64,000 bases of DNA from Raillietiella orientalis (Eukaryota), in NCBI GenBank assembly GCA_036172245.1, contig JAYWIR010000061.1:496001-560000 (forward strand), read 5' to 3'. Below, in pieces: positions 50,800-63,400 of this stretch (position 1 is its first letter; every line of letters begins with the position of its first letter). A model generated the notes under the pieces. The model was not told the DNA's origin. It worked only from the letters and a program-made list of their open reading frames with translations, and did not search any database. Made by a program: the position numbers and the translations under genes.

Positions 50800-51250
50800 C
50801 CGACGGACCAAGTCCGTCACCAGACAACGGTCACTCCACTCTTCCGTGACCCAGCCCTGTTCTCAAACATGTTTGGCAATGCGATCTGCCCATCTCGTAT
50901 CACCGAGACGTTTATCTCGAATCAATAGATGTTGAGAGAAGTTTGGGGAAGGGACGGGAAGGGTGGGCGGACAGTCTTCGTCCCATCGACAACAAACTCC
51001 TTCAGTCGCAGCATTTGGTCACCGCCCGGTAAGGAGTTCATCGTCAGCGTTCGGCCCTGCTCCCTGAAATGTAATTCCCACGATCGAAGGAAACGTCCTA
51101 GTCAGGATATTCAGAAGCTCCGGGAGATAGCGTCCAGGAGGATCAACGCAAAATTGGACGGAAGACATCGTAGAGTACGCCTTCAGCATCCGTCGGAAGA
51201 ACTGAAGACTGAAGAATGCCCGACTCATTAAGGAGTTACCTATTCGGAGG
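50800..51250 (+). mobile_element. Possible CR1-like LINE RT/thumb relic
   Basis: 'LESIDVERSLG' (ExDLG) and 'VSVRPCSLKC...PSQDIQKLREIASRR' (LVRPxLEY...DIxxLExVQRR). Confidence 0.35.
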
Positions 51251-51757
51251 AGTAGGCCCTCAGGCTCTGTCCCCAGTGCGGTCCGGAACCTTTAGCGTTG
51301 AACGGGTATACTGGCTTCTCTCAGCTGTAGGTTTCTAGTCAGATGGAGGCTCCTCAATCACCACTGCGGACAGGTGATTTCAGCTGCATCCATTCGATGA
51401 CTCGATCATGGGAAAGCTTTTCCGTTCAATATGCAAGACCCGATCAAGAAGAACATTTATCATTGCCCGTTTACGAGGAATCTCCTGGCTATTCGTCGGT
51501 AGGTGACCACGGCTTCGGGAGACTTTCAGAGGGAACTCGCGTAGCTCTTCCGGACAGAAAATACGCGGTGCGAGCATATAAGCGGTGGGCAAAAGTGTGG
51601 CCTGACGAAGAACCCTTCGCGGGCGGAGAACTTCAGTTGATAGATGGAAATGCTCGTTTCGGCGGGAGCAGGAGGAGAAGGAAGATTGTGTCCGGGGTAC
51701 GCACAGTCCTGTTCCAACGAGGCACGGCTCTTTTCCTCTGATTCAAAGGAAAATGGA

Positions 51758-52190
51758 GGTTTTAACCTGATTGCGCCGGAACGTTCATTCAAAAAAAAAA
51801 AAAAACCACGAGTTAGAGGGGAAGAAAGGTATCCCCTCAGAAAGCAAGGAAGGCCAAAAAAAAAAGGTCACTCGAGATAACAACCGGCACACAGGCCGCG
51901 TTCAAAAAGTAGGGAATGGAGGGAGGAAACAATAAATAAGAGAAAGAAGATGGGGACAGGGGTCTTTGCTTAAAGATTTCCCTTCCTTCTTCCTTCCTCT
52001 GCTGTGGATGGCGGCAATCTCTCTGGCGACTCTTTCTGGCAGATGAGGCCACCTTGCTGCTGTCCCTATGATAGCTGCTGACATGCTGGTGGTCTCCGCC
52101 GCAAAATTAATTCTAGCAGATGGCGGACTGTCACCATGGCGCGGATGCAACCGATTGTCGCGACCATAGCGCCCTTCTTCAGGACGCTTT
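51758..52190 (-). mobile_element. L1/Tx1-like LINE 3' fragment (family A), reverse orientation
   Basis: Reverse complement (ggttgcatc..gcagcaaggtggcctcatctgcca) aligns to 63340-63500. Ends in gaatgaacgttccggcgcaatcaggttaaaacc. Confidence 0.75.
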
Positions 52191-52429
52191 CCGTGAAAAG
52201 GGAAGGTGAAGGTCGCTTTCTACGTTCACCAACCCACCTCCTGTTGTCCGGAGACTGTCTACGATCTTCCAGATCATGAAATCATAAGATGTTCATTTCT
52301 CTACCAAAAACTCCTGAGCACAAGGGGAGCTGCCAGTAGTCAAGACGGGAATTAAAAGCGCAGCAGTTGGATGAGACGCTGCTTCACAACTGGAGCAAAC
52401 CACCAGCATCACTCTAGTCTAGCAAGACA

Positions 52430-52990
52430 TGCTGCTGCCGTGCTGATCGCATCGTAATCGAGGTTACACGTAAGATGCAAAGTTGTCCTCCGAGAAGACG
52501 TGAAATGCTACGTCACACTCGCAGCCGTTTCCGTTCGTCTTTCACGGAGAAGAGATCAGATAATGATCTGGGATGCTAGGTACCTCTTCGGGGGCGCCTC
52601 AATCAGGCATGCGGACTGATTCGGAGAAACGAGGAGAGTAAACACTGAGAAATCACCTTCCAGATGTCATCCTCTAAAGCGATGGCAACATCAGCGTGCA
52701 AGATATTTATCCCTAGGATCACTAGGTTCGTGAGGCACCCAACAGTCAAGGAAGATCCAGACAAATCTTCCAGATCTTACGACAGCCGATTGCGTGCGGA
52801 AATTCACGGTGTCCATCAGCTTTAGACAGAGTAGAAACGTCTGCTGGAAGCACCGTCTAAACCATGATCTGACAGTCCGAAGACCAGTTTGCAATTCGAT
52901 TTACAAGCCAAGATCTATTCAGCAAAGATGGAGGAGACTCTCTGCAAGACACCAGCAACGGGACGCAACCCAACCGAGCAGATTTTCTTC
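52430..52990 (+). pseudogene. Degenerate BTB-BACK relic
   Basis: 'CRADRIVI', 'RSSFTEKRS', 'RLNHDLTVRR..SIYK..QRWRR..QQR'. Confidence 0.4.
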
Positions 52991-53599
52991 CTGAAGAAGT
53001 TTGGAATGCGAAGATGGGAGGCATCGCCGTGGTCCATGGGAAGGAAGACGGAAAAAATGATACCTCCTTGCATTCTTCTCGTGTCCCTGAATTTTCCCGG
53101 TGTTTATTTATTTATTTTGGGTAAGCGACTCCGCACATCATCGGGATAGGAAAATCCTGGTTCGGTGGTCTCTTCTACACATCTGCGTACGTGTTTCCTC
53201 TTCCACCCCTGACACATACCCGGCAGGCCGAACGTGCGGCTTACTCATTAGAATGGTCTCGTGCACCGGAGTTCGCATGGCGCGCACCAACCGAGCGCAT
53301 GCCCGGCGAGTGAAAGGTCGCTACACCTGTGGAATTACGCGAACACGCACCATCGTTTTTTAGATTGCCCTTGAATTATTCTTAGTTCCGACTGTCCTGA
53401 ATGCCTTTCGGTTTTTCCAGGAAGAAACCTCCGCTCCACTGTCTCCAGCGCCGTCGCGCATCCAAAATCGAAGAATATTTTCTTTCACTTTAAGAATTTA
53501 ATATAATTATTATATTATATGCCAGGTATAAAATTAATATTTTATTATAATAAATAATTAATGCATTGAAAAATTTTTATGTTACATTATAGGGCAGGC

Positions 53600-54060
53600 G
53601 ACCTCCAGGTCTGTTTGGATTCGACCGCACTGCCAGAAAAACCCCACCGCTTTCCGCATTACCCATCTGGAATGAGTTCTGGTCACCGTGTGCTCAACCT
53701 GAAAGACATTATCGGTTCTTGCGCTACCATTCTGCATCCCTCATGCGATAACTCCGGCGAAACAACTCCACCATGATGCTAAGGAAGTGGTGAAGGCCCA
53801 TTCCCGCTCTTCATTCGTGAAGCAAAAGTCGGTTCCCTCCCTGGTTAGCAGCAAGTAGGAGCCTCGCTCGAAACGCTTAGAGATTCATCGAGAGGTCACC
53901 ATCCTTTCATCGTACCCTTTCCACAGAGTCAGCGCAGTTGCTGGAAACGCGATGGCGACGTTTCAAGAAATCGTGGAAAAAACCGTTCTTTATGTCCTTC
54001 CTTCTCAGCGATTATAACGGTGACTTCCATTGGTAAAGCCGACTGGCAGATGGTAAGTTT
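53600..54060 (-). mobile_element. Possible Gypsy-like RT/RNase H relic
   Basis: 'AFRARLLLAA' (AxASRxLxxAE), 'FTNEEREWAF' (YxxxERExLA), 'RTDNVF..HSRWVM'. Confidence 0.35.
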
Positions 54061-54466
54061 TTCATCACTAAACCCACCATGGTCCTTCGTTGGTTTGAGT
54101 TTCATGAGTGCTGGCTATGAGCCCACAAGCAAGCCAGGGGTCAAGTTCGCGTGACGTGGTGCATGGGATTGCACCTAAAGTTGCCTTCCTCAAACTTCTG
54201 CCCCGCCTGTAAGCGGACGCTTGCTCACTTCTTCCAGGTCGGTCAAGTGGATGAGTTAGCTGGCCTCTAGAGCATCTTCATTCTTCATCTCATCCGCCTC
54301 TCACGCCACGCCCGATCGCATCGTCTGCGCTTTCCTTACGAATTTCAGCTACCCAGCCCTACAGCGTGGCTGCGTTCAGTCATCCGCTAAGATGACGTCT
54401 CTCACTGTGGTCTCAGGAGAAGCATGCTCCTTGGTTCTTCCGCTCCTTCCTGCCTTCTGTGGACAG

Positions 54467-54590
54467 ATACAGAATACATCTGATGTTGTTTTACAGACAG
54501 ATGATGATGCATTTGTTCAAGCACATCGAGTACGTGTAGCATCAACATCCGAAGTGTTTAGTGCAATGCTTGAAGGCCAATTCGCAGATT
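54467..54590 (+). pseudogene. BTB-domain N-terminal segment (best-preserved copy; possible exon)
   Basis: 'SDVVLQTDDDAFVQAHRVRVASTSEVFSAMLEGQFAD' is a near-canonical BTB start. Preceded by a pyrimidine tract plus CAG, and followed by GT. Confidence 0.7.
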
Positions 54591-55547
54591 GTGAAATTTC
54601 ATGGCATTTCAAATGCAGCAATTCAAGTAATCCTTCATTATGCTTACGGCTGCAGAACACGTTTTCCAATCGAACACGTTTTTTCCTTATAAGCAGCATT
54701 ATCATATGATGCTGGAACTTTGTTCTTTCAGCCTGTGTTATATGCTACATGATCTTCCAGAAATGGCATCTCAGTCTGTTTTACTCCACAGGGACTCGTC
54801 TTCTGAATAGTTGTCAGAAGAATTAACGATCTCCACACGGAGACCCAGTGAAAAATAACTCTTCCCGAGCGAAACACACACATCGGTGGTGTTTGTCCTT
54901 CGTTTTGGTGACCTTCGACCTCATCCATTTATTTATTTATTTTTTTGAGAATTTCCTGCCAAAACGACGCATTCTTGGAATCATCTGGCCCTCTGTGGCA
55001 CATCTGTATGGTCACTAGAAAGAATCTTGTTGCATTCTTTGGATTTCCTTTCAAGTGGGAGTAGCCAAGTCGCGATGGTGATTCATTTTGTTTTCACAGG
55101 AGCTTGTTGCCTTGTTCCTACTGGAGACAGGGGCGACTTCGAATCCTCAAAGTTCTGACGAGCGCTGCATCGGGTGGGGCTGTGACTCCAAGATCTGCTT
55201 CTTTCCCCAGAGTCAGCTCTGCTTGTCAAGACTGAGAGGCTGGAAAGTTCACGCGTCCGGCAGTCCGAGCTGCGGAGTAAGACCGATTTCCCACCTATTG
55301 AAAGTTCAAGAATGGATCGGCCTCGTTCCAGACCCAACCTTCGGATCCCCCTAATCATTCTTTCCTCTTTGACGTGAGCCAGTTATCCTGAGAAAAGTCT
55401 CCGATACAGCCAGCTACTAGATGGTTCGATTGGTCATTCAAAGATCAAAAAAGGCCTGTTTCATGGCAATCGAATAAGTTCTCCTCAAACTTTTCTTTGA
55501 GGATGAAGAACCAAGTTTGCATGGACATCTTCAACACAGACACTCTC

Positions 55548-55578
55548 ACCACTGGTAAACACACACACACACACACAC
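55548..55578. repeat. (AC)n microsatellite followed by an A run
   Basis: acacacacacacacacacacaaaaa read directly; the core is ~55559-55578. Confidence 0.8.
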
Positions 55579-55689
55579 AAAAAAAAAAAGAAAAACTCAT
55601 AAGATGTGTCTTTGTAGAGCACGCAATCCAAATCTAAAGGTTCCAATTTAGGTGTGAATTTCTGGAAGTGAACTGGAAGCACCTTCCCC

Positions 55690-57030
55690 GCATCCATGAA
55701 ATCACTTGGCAGCAAGAAGAGGAAGACAGCGCTTGTTGTGTATCTTTTGAAATGCTCCATCCCTGCTGAATGCAATATTTCACGTGGATTTCAGTATTTG
55801 CCATTGAAACGTAGTTGACGCCAAAGCATCTTGCAAGGTTCCCAAGATCTCGCCTCCACGGAGACGCGTCTCAAGAGCCGAATATTCTCTTCCGAAGTTA
55901 CCTCTGCGAGTTCCATTGGGATGGACTTCCGAAGATTCGTTTTCTTCCTCCCTGCGTGCGTAGATGCCGAAGACAAAGCAGGATGCGAACTCCGACGAAA
56001 CCACGGTTCGATGCTCCAGCGGCTGCCAGCCGCGGTGCATTCAAGAGCGTTTCTGGATTTCTAAAGAATGAGGCTCATTTGTTTATAAGTCTATTGCGGT
56101 GCCTTTTGAGCGTATCGGACTCCGCATCCACGCAGCGCGTAAGCAGTCAGCGTGTGGTGGGTTCATTGTAATCAACAGTTGTAAGCGGCAGGTGTAGACA
56201 CCGGGTAGGTGTAGTGGAAGAGCAGTGAATGTGACACAGTAATGCCAAGATCAGGAAATTATTCCCTCGTGAACGTCGCTCACTGCACTGCAGAGGCTCT
56301 TGCGAAGAAGCATTTGAAAGCAATGCATTCAGCCGGGAAGCAATCCCAATCCGAGGCAATGTGTTTCGTTTTTTCCCAAGGACTCGGGAGACAGCATCCG
56401 ATTATTGCGGGGCTTTCCGAGAAATAAATTACGTTATGGATTCTCAGACTCCTCTGCTGTAGTATCAGCTCGCAATTAGCCCGAGAAGCTCGAACAAAAC
56501 AAGTGCATTAACGTGGCATCTTGCAACCAAAGGAGGACGCGGAGGATTGCCTTTTTCTCTGCATACGTTAGGGGACCTCACTTCGGATGAGGGAAACTTT
56601 CCTCCCGATATTCCTTCCCCTTCGTTGAGGATTTTCATCGTCTCTGGTACTCAGGCGCTCGCAGTGACTGGCCTGCAGCCACACAGCCAGCCTTCAGTGG
56701 TAATGCCTCCACGACGACCTTCTTCGCGGAATTCCAACCATCAGCGAGATTCATGAAATAGAGTATAAGAACGTATAAGAGGCGTCAACCCTGAACTCAC
56801 AGGGCAGCAGCTCCTGATACATGAACCGCACGAAGCTGCAGACTGATCCATTTAAGCCCACTCCATGTCTCACAGGATGCCCTTTGAACGATTTAATAAG
56901 CTGATCGATCGGCCAAATGCCTTGTTGCACGAGCATTTCGAATGCTCCAGCTGGAACGTGTTGCTCCGACAAAATCGTCGACGGCATCCTAAGATCCAGG
57001 CGCCTTAAATCTGTTGCTATCAGACTAGGC
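55690..57030 (-). pseudogene. Degenerate BTB-BACK relic(s)
   Basis: 'HVPAGAFEMLVQ', 'CSFVRFMYQELL', 'ASCFVFGIYA...RGNFGRE..ILGTLQDALAS'. Confidence 0.35.
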
Positions 57031-58324
57031 ATCTCTATGGAAATTCTGCCTCGTGGTCCAATCGTTCACTTGCCACCAGTCAGGAGGCAGTTTCCTACAG
57101 TAACTGGATGTAACTGGATCTTTCACTATTCGACGGCGAGGCTGTTAAGATGCGCTTCTTCCCAGCTGGTTGGCCCCGATGCGAGGTGCCGCAGTGTACT
57201 GAGTGTTCTCCCTAGGAAAGATGCAAGGTGAGTTTTCATTCCGGTGAGGTCGAGGAAATGACCCGGGAGTTTCAAGTAGTTCACTTCATCAGGAGGGGGA
57301 TGTTACAAGCAAAAGGAACTTCAGGGAGAATTGTTACGTGCTTGCGGCAAAGATCTGGAGTGCCTCAGTCTTATGGAAAACGTGGCTCCCACGTTATCCG
57401 AGAGCCCAGTCGTGTCTTCCGTTTTTCTGTGGTCCCTCGCGCACCTTCGGGAGGGACTCTTTAGATAAACTTGAAGGATGGGCGAGGTGATATGTCCAGA
57501 TTTGATTCTGAGAACCACCCTGATTCCTAAAGGAACGCTGGAATGAGAGCCCGTCTCTATGAGGAGAGATATTGTCTTTCTTACCGGAAGTTGACAATCT
57601 TCTATTTCATTGCATTCAAATCAGAAGGCCAATGGCATACTCTTCGCATTCATGTGGATATTCATAGGTAATGATTTTCAACATAAATTTGTCAGAGCAG
57701 TCATTCCTTTTTAAAAAAATAAAAATAAAAAATGCTCACAAATTCCACCGGCTAATTCATCCCAAATTTGTTCTTGTATGTATAAGAACTAAGGCAAAGA
57801 GTGGAGAAGAACGGGAATTTCTAGTTCATTCTAACCAGCTATGTCCTAAAAGGCAACGCAACCTCACTTATTCTGTTCATCTTGCAAACTGATTCTATTC
57901 ATTTGGGGAATTCATTATTAACTGAATAGTTCTCAGCGGAAATGATGGAATGTATATTCATGTATGTATACATATATATACTTGTATGCACATTGACATC
58001 TAAGTACCAGCCCCTCAAAATGGTGTTCCTTGTCACTAGCTGTGTGTTCAGCCGTGTCCAGCAGAAGCACCACCACTTGCGGAACTGCTGGTCGTGGAAA
58101 GAGCACAGCCGCGTTCTCAAGCCCATGGGGGGAGACGCGTCACCAGAAGAGGAAACAGGCGTGAAATTCGAGCACCTATTGTGTGATCGTCGATAGGACC
58201 GTGAGAGCTCTCTTCTCGTTAAGAAAGTCACCTGGGATAGCTGAGATTTTAACTGAATTCTTTTTTTAAAAGATAGCAGAGGCATGATGCAAGGTAGTGA
58301 GGAACGAACACAATCAGTGATTTA

Positions 58325-58700
58325 TTACTTGGCACGCACCTGCGTCTGAGGAATCCAAAAATATGCACCCGTGTTCAATGAATGCATTCGAAAGCCACGA
58401 TGCAATGGATGCAGCCTCGGGTTCCCCGGTTCGATCACGTCGTTTGCTTCTCGCGGACTCTTTGTCATGGAAACCCGGTGAGAACCGAGGACCGCGGAAA
58501 AGTGGGAAACTGCTACCTCAAATGGATACGGATCTAAACTCGGGATGTCTTCTCCGGAGGATATTTGCAGGGAGAACCCCTTGGACATCTTTTTGGCACT
58601 GCGGGCTCATTCTGGCGCTGCATCATCATTTCGAGTCTGAGAATCCGAGTTCTTCGGCTGTTTCTTCTGCTGCCAGGATGATCTCAGCTTTACAGATGCG
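58325..58700 (-). pseudogene. BTB-domain relic
   Basis: 'DIPSLDPYPFEVAVSHF...FRMHSLNTGAYFWI' (IxxxDPxxFxxxLxxxY...xxNxxxxW). Confidence 0.4.
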
Positions 58701-58749
58701 GAGGATTTTTTCCCCACCGCTTCTTTAAATGATTTTTTCTCCCGCCTCT

Positions 58750-60425
58750 TCAGTGTGGATCCAAGTGAAAGGGAAGAAAGAAAACCAACCTCTTCGCATG
58801 CGGTACGGAAGATCCTGCAGCTGTTGCATCTGCGTCAGCCATCTCTCGATGACGCCTTCGAAGTTTTCTGGCTCCGAACGAGCTCCCGTTTGACAAATTC
58901 ATCCGTGACTCCTTTTCACTCCCTTCTCTCCAGATCCTCCCCCTCCCTGAACTCATCGCGATCTCCTAGAAAATCCTCCTCTGAACGGCGCGTTTCGCAA
59001 AGAACCAGTTTCCCAGAAACTCTCGAACTTTCGATCCTCCTCATGGGAAAACGGCAGAAAAGTCGTCCTTTCACTCGAACGTCGCGTGGTTTGGTCCAGA
59101 TTTGATGTTTTCCTCTTTCCCTTCCTGTTTGTTAGGAGATCCCCTCCTCCTCCGAAAGTGCTTCCGCGTTTGTCATTGCGCACCTTCACTCGTCATCACT
59201 TCGGAAGCAAGAGGAGGTTCCTGACTTCGGCTCCCCCGGCATTCGGGAATACTCGCTCACCTGTTTGACCTCTGCCGAAGGCCTAGTCTTGTGTGTGTGA
59301 CCCACGGAGAATGTAGCAGCAGCAGCAGCAGCACGGAGATGAGATCACGAAATGACTGGCCTACCTTCCCATCTAGTCTCGACCAGGGAGTGGACTGCTT
59401 TCCGAAGTAGAGTCCGGCACAGAAAGGAGAAAAAAAAACACTTGTGGTGGTGGTGCAATCAGCATGTGCTCTTGGAGCACGCGAATGCTGCAGGAAGAAC
59501 TCAGGTGAGCGTGGAAGAGCGGGGCTCCGAGACTCATTTTTCATCCTGAAGATGTGATGGCGGGGTGGAAACTTCAACGCCTCTTCGGTCGCGTCAACGC
59601 AGTTCTCGGCCGACGCGTTTCCGTCGTTGGCTGAGAACTTCGTTCCCGGTGGTCATCGCTTCCACGCTTCCTCTCCGCTGCCAGTATACAACCATCCTTC
59701 TGGTCATTGGGTGCTTTCTGAAGCGTTGTAGGTCCCGCGCTAGAGGCGCTACGACGTTCTGGAAGAGAGTGTGGCTACGATCTCCGCGCGTGGTACCAAG
59801 AGTACCAAGATCAAGGGGAAGAATAGACGCTGAAAACGGGGGGAGCACGTCGTGCATTCCGAGTCTTCCCTGCAGGACGACATTGGTTGGTTTATTCGGG
59901 TGCGACACTGGTAGAAACCGGATGCACCCGCTGAGTAACCGGGAATGGAAGCGCACCTTCTGGGATCCTTCCAGAAATCAAAGAGTCCTTCGGGGTTTCT
60001 TTCCGGTCGTGAAAATGGAGTCGTTACCCCCCCCCCCCTCCCGCTCGAAATGGAGGGCTTTCGATCGCGTACCATGGAGCTGGTTGATGCTCTCCGGGGT
60101 GTAAGAAGCGCGCTATTCCTTTCGGACATTCAGAGAAATCTAGAAACGTTTCCTTCGGAGCTCCCCTCAGAGGAGGAAAGAAGGAGCGGTTCCCTTGCAG
60201 GTCCCCCCCCGGAGAGAACAAGGAAGAAGTTCGCTTCGGGGTTCCCTCCCAAGAGTAAGAGAGAAGAGGACTTCTCCCTCCAGGGCCTTCCTGGATTCAT
60301 AGGGTGGTCCCAACGGAGTCACCCCCTGACTCGAAGAGTTAATACTCAGCTTGAGTGATGTGGACGGTGCTTAAAGAGCTTCATGAGTTCCCTTCCCTCC
60401 TAAGGAGGCGGACAGTTCCTTCTCA
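58750..60425 (+). mobile_element. RNase H-bearing LINE (family B), sense orientation, tail lost
   Basis: 'ELPFDKFIRD' (LxFxxHI), 'RVWLRSPRVVPRV', 'NREWKRTFW', 'RTMELVDALRG'. The 3' UTR cctggattcatagggtggtcc..gaagagtta is the reverse complement of 29845-29895 and 49375-49425. Confidence 0.7.
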
Positions 60426-60429
60426 CCAC

Positions 60430-63400
60430 GTGGCGCCCCCCGCGGGGCGAGTGTGGTTAGTGCACGCATCCACTGCAGGGAACCCATCCTCGCGTACTTT
60501 CAGAACGGTCCGTGCTGCGGAGGGGACGGGCAGTCTGAGGCACTCTAGCTCCCCCCTGAACATCTTCGGAAGGGTGCCCCCCGGGTCCATCTCGGTGAGC
60601 ACCTGCTTTTCCGAGCAGAAAGGAGAGGAAGAGTGCTGTCCGAACTACACGACGACCCCAGGCTGGATTCTTCCGCCCGGCAAGGGGCCTCCGACCAACG
60701 TCTGGAGGATGCCAACCGACTGACTCAGCTACCCGGAGGCAGCGGAGCGCCTCTGCCGGTACCTCCGCAGCTTTATCATTCGCGTGCTTGTAGACTGGCA
60801 GATCTCGGAAGAGCGGTCTGCGAGTTCGGCTGCCGGTTCCCCTTGCGTTTGCTTCCGCGCGGCTTTGGAGAGGGCGTGGTCAACAGCAGAGCGTTTCTGC
60901 AGGCGCGCACCTTCTCCAGACGCGCGCAGAAGTCCGGCGCCTTGCGGAGCGCAAGGCGGGAACCGAACTCCGGCAGGTCTGACAGTCTGGAGCGGCTTGC
61001 CTGCTCGACGACCAGGGCCGGGAATGCTTGCGGCCACCTTACGATGCGGACGTACGCCTCATCGTAAGGCGCTACTAATCCTCTTCGTACTCGGGGGCGC
61101 AGTCTCTCGGAGATGCTCCTATCGCGGGATGTCCCTGCTGTCGGCGAGGAGGAGCACGCACGCCTCGACAAGCGCTGCCCGGCGAAGGAAATCTCTCCCG
61201 CCATCGCGGGACTCAAGAGACGAAAGGCGTTGGGCGAGGATGGGCAGCCCGGGGAGTTCTTCCAGTGCGCTTCACGGCGGAGCTCACCGCCCAGGTTCTG
61301 AGCCACTCGTCACTGATGATGGAGACGGACGATGTCCTGTCTCCTTCTGCTCAGCGAAGGTCCGTCTCCTGCCGAAAGGAGAAGACTTGCACCACCGCAC
61401 CAACTGGCGTCCGATCAGCTTAGTGAACACGGACGCCAACTTGTTCTCCAAGCTGTGGGTAGCGCTTAGGGAGGATCGCGGAGCCCCTGGTAAGTCCGGA
61501 GCAGATTTGTGCTGTTCTCGGGAGGTTCGTGGATGCGAACCTCCTTTTCTGGCTCGAGTTGCAGCAACGTGTTGAGCAGCAAAGCCTGGCAGCCTAAAGA
61601 GCTGCTGCCGCAGGCAAACGTCGCTGCTCCGGCATGAGGGAACGCCGGATGCCTTGGCGGTCGCGGTCGATCTCCACAAGCCGTTCGACTGCGTCAACTT
61701 CTTTTGGAACTTTTGGGACGCCTCAGTCTTCCAGCACACCTCCAAGTCTACCTGCGCTCCTGATGGAGCCACGTCCTAACCTGTTTCTTTCAGCAGCTGC
61801 CACGTGTGCGATATTCCCGTGAGCAGAGGCATCAGGCAGAGCCACAGCTTAAACCCGCTGCTCCTCCGCATCTTCTTCGAGTTGCTGCTGAGATTACAGG
61901 CTGACTCTGTCTAACCTGCCCATCTCGTACCCGGGAACGCCGGCCACGGCCGCCTACGTGCCTCTACTGCGGTTCACACCCACCCTGGTGTCCAGGCTCG
62001 CGGATTTCTTCGAGCTGATTTGTCGGGGAGCGAGCATGCGCGTCAACAAGAGCAAGTGCAAGGTCGTCCCGGCAAGTGAGTCGTGGGGGGGGGGGAGCAG
62101 TCTGACCGGATCCTGCTGAGGATTTCCATGGGCAAGTGCTTCAGACACCTTGGCATTTCGTTGAGCGTCTTCGACGCTGCCGAAGCGTGGTCGGACTGCC
62201 TTCAGAAGTCTGAGTTGGCCCTCAACCCTCCATGGCAAGTTCAACCTGTCGGAGTGGTCTTCCATCTGAAACACCTTCGTGTCCTCCCCCCCTCCGCCCG
62301 CTGTTTTTTGTCTGTCCGACCTCCTACGGGGCGAAGCTGCGATCTCAACGCCTGCTGAGGAACGTCCTTTAAGGACCTGCGAGGTGCAGGATCCGCCTCA
62401 AAGACTTGGCGCCTCCGCGTCGCGGTGCCGTCTTGGGCATCCTCACGCTGGAGAGAATCGGTCTGCAAATGCAGTTTCGAATGCTGGCACTCTGCACCAA
62501 GTTATAGACTTCCCCGTTGTTTGAACCTGCATGCATCATCCTGCTGAGATGCGACGGCAGCGAAGGACTGCTCTCGTTGCTGTCGAGCACTCATTATAGG
62601 ACGCGGGGATTTGGCTTCCCCCTGAGGCAACTCGCATGTCTAGTAGAAGCCCAAACATCTCCTGCTACCCAATGAACTTCAATTCCTGGCGGCAGAAGGC
62701 TGTTGAGTCCTGAGCTGCATTCCAGGCAATGCGCTCTCAAGATCTTTACTACCACGACTTTTGGAAGTGATGATGCAGGACGCAGCGAAGTGGTCGAGCC
62801 TGGCCGCCACCCTCCTTGCCGAAGCGCTGCGTACCCTCAGGACAAGAGACGACAGTAGCCTACCGGCGAGGTGGGAGTTTTCCTGCACCATCGCGGGAAG
62901 GGACAAAACTTCTTAGAAACTTGATGCTTGCAGCATGAGCGAGCTGGTGGATGCTGCCACTCTACGTGCTGTGGCAACGGGACTCCTTCGGTGGAGTGAA
63001 CTTTTGAGTGTAGCCCCCGAGGAACTTGTGGTCCTCCCCCATTGCCTGGACACTTCGGTGTGCCTCCTCTCCTGGGGAAACAGACCGTGGACGGCATCTA
63101 AGTTTGCAACTTAGCTCTTCCTCGACTGGGGATTCCAGTGCAACGAACACCGGCACCCTCGTTCCCGCGGGGGTCGCATCACCGAACTGTGCCAGGTGCA
63201 GGTCAGCAGAGTCGATCCCGCTGCACCTGCTTTTGGACTGCGGTGCCCTGCAGGAACTGTGGTGGAGGCAGCGCTCCTGCACCAGGAAGACATTGCCCGC
63301 GACGGTTCTTTGCTCCGGGAGAACACTCGACGGGAGCGATGAGCGCAATCATTGGTTGCATCTGTGACATCACGGCTCGCCATGTGCTGGAGACGACCAC

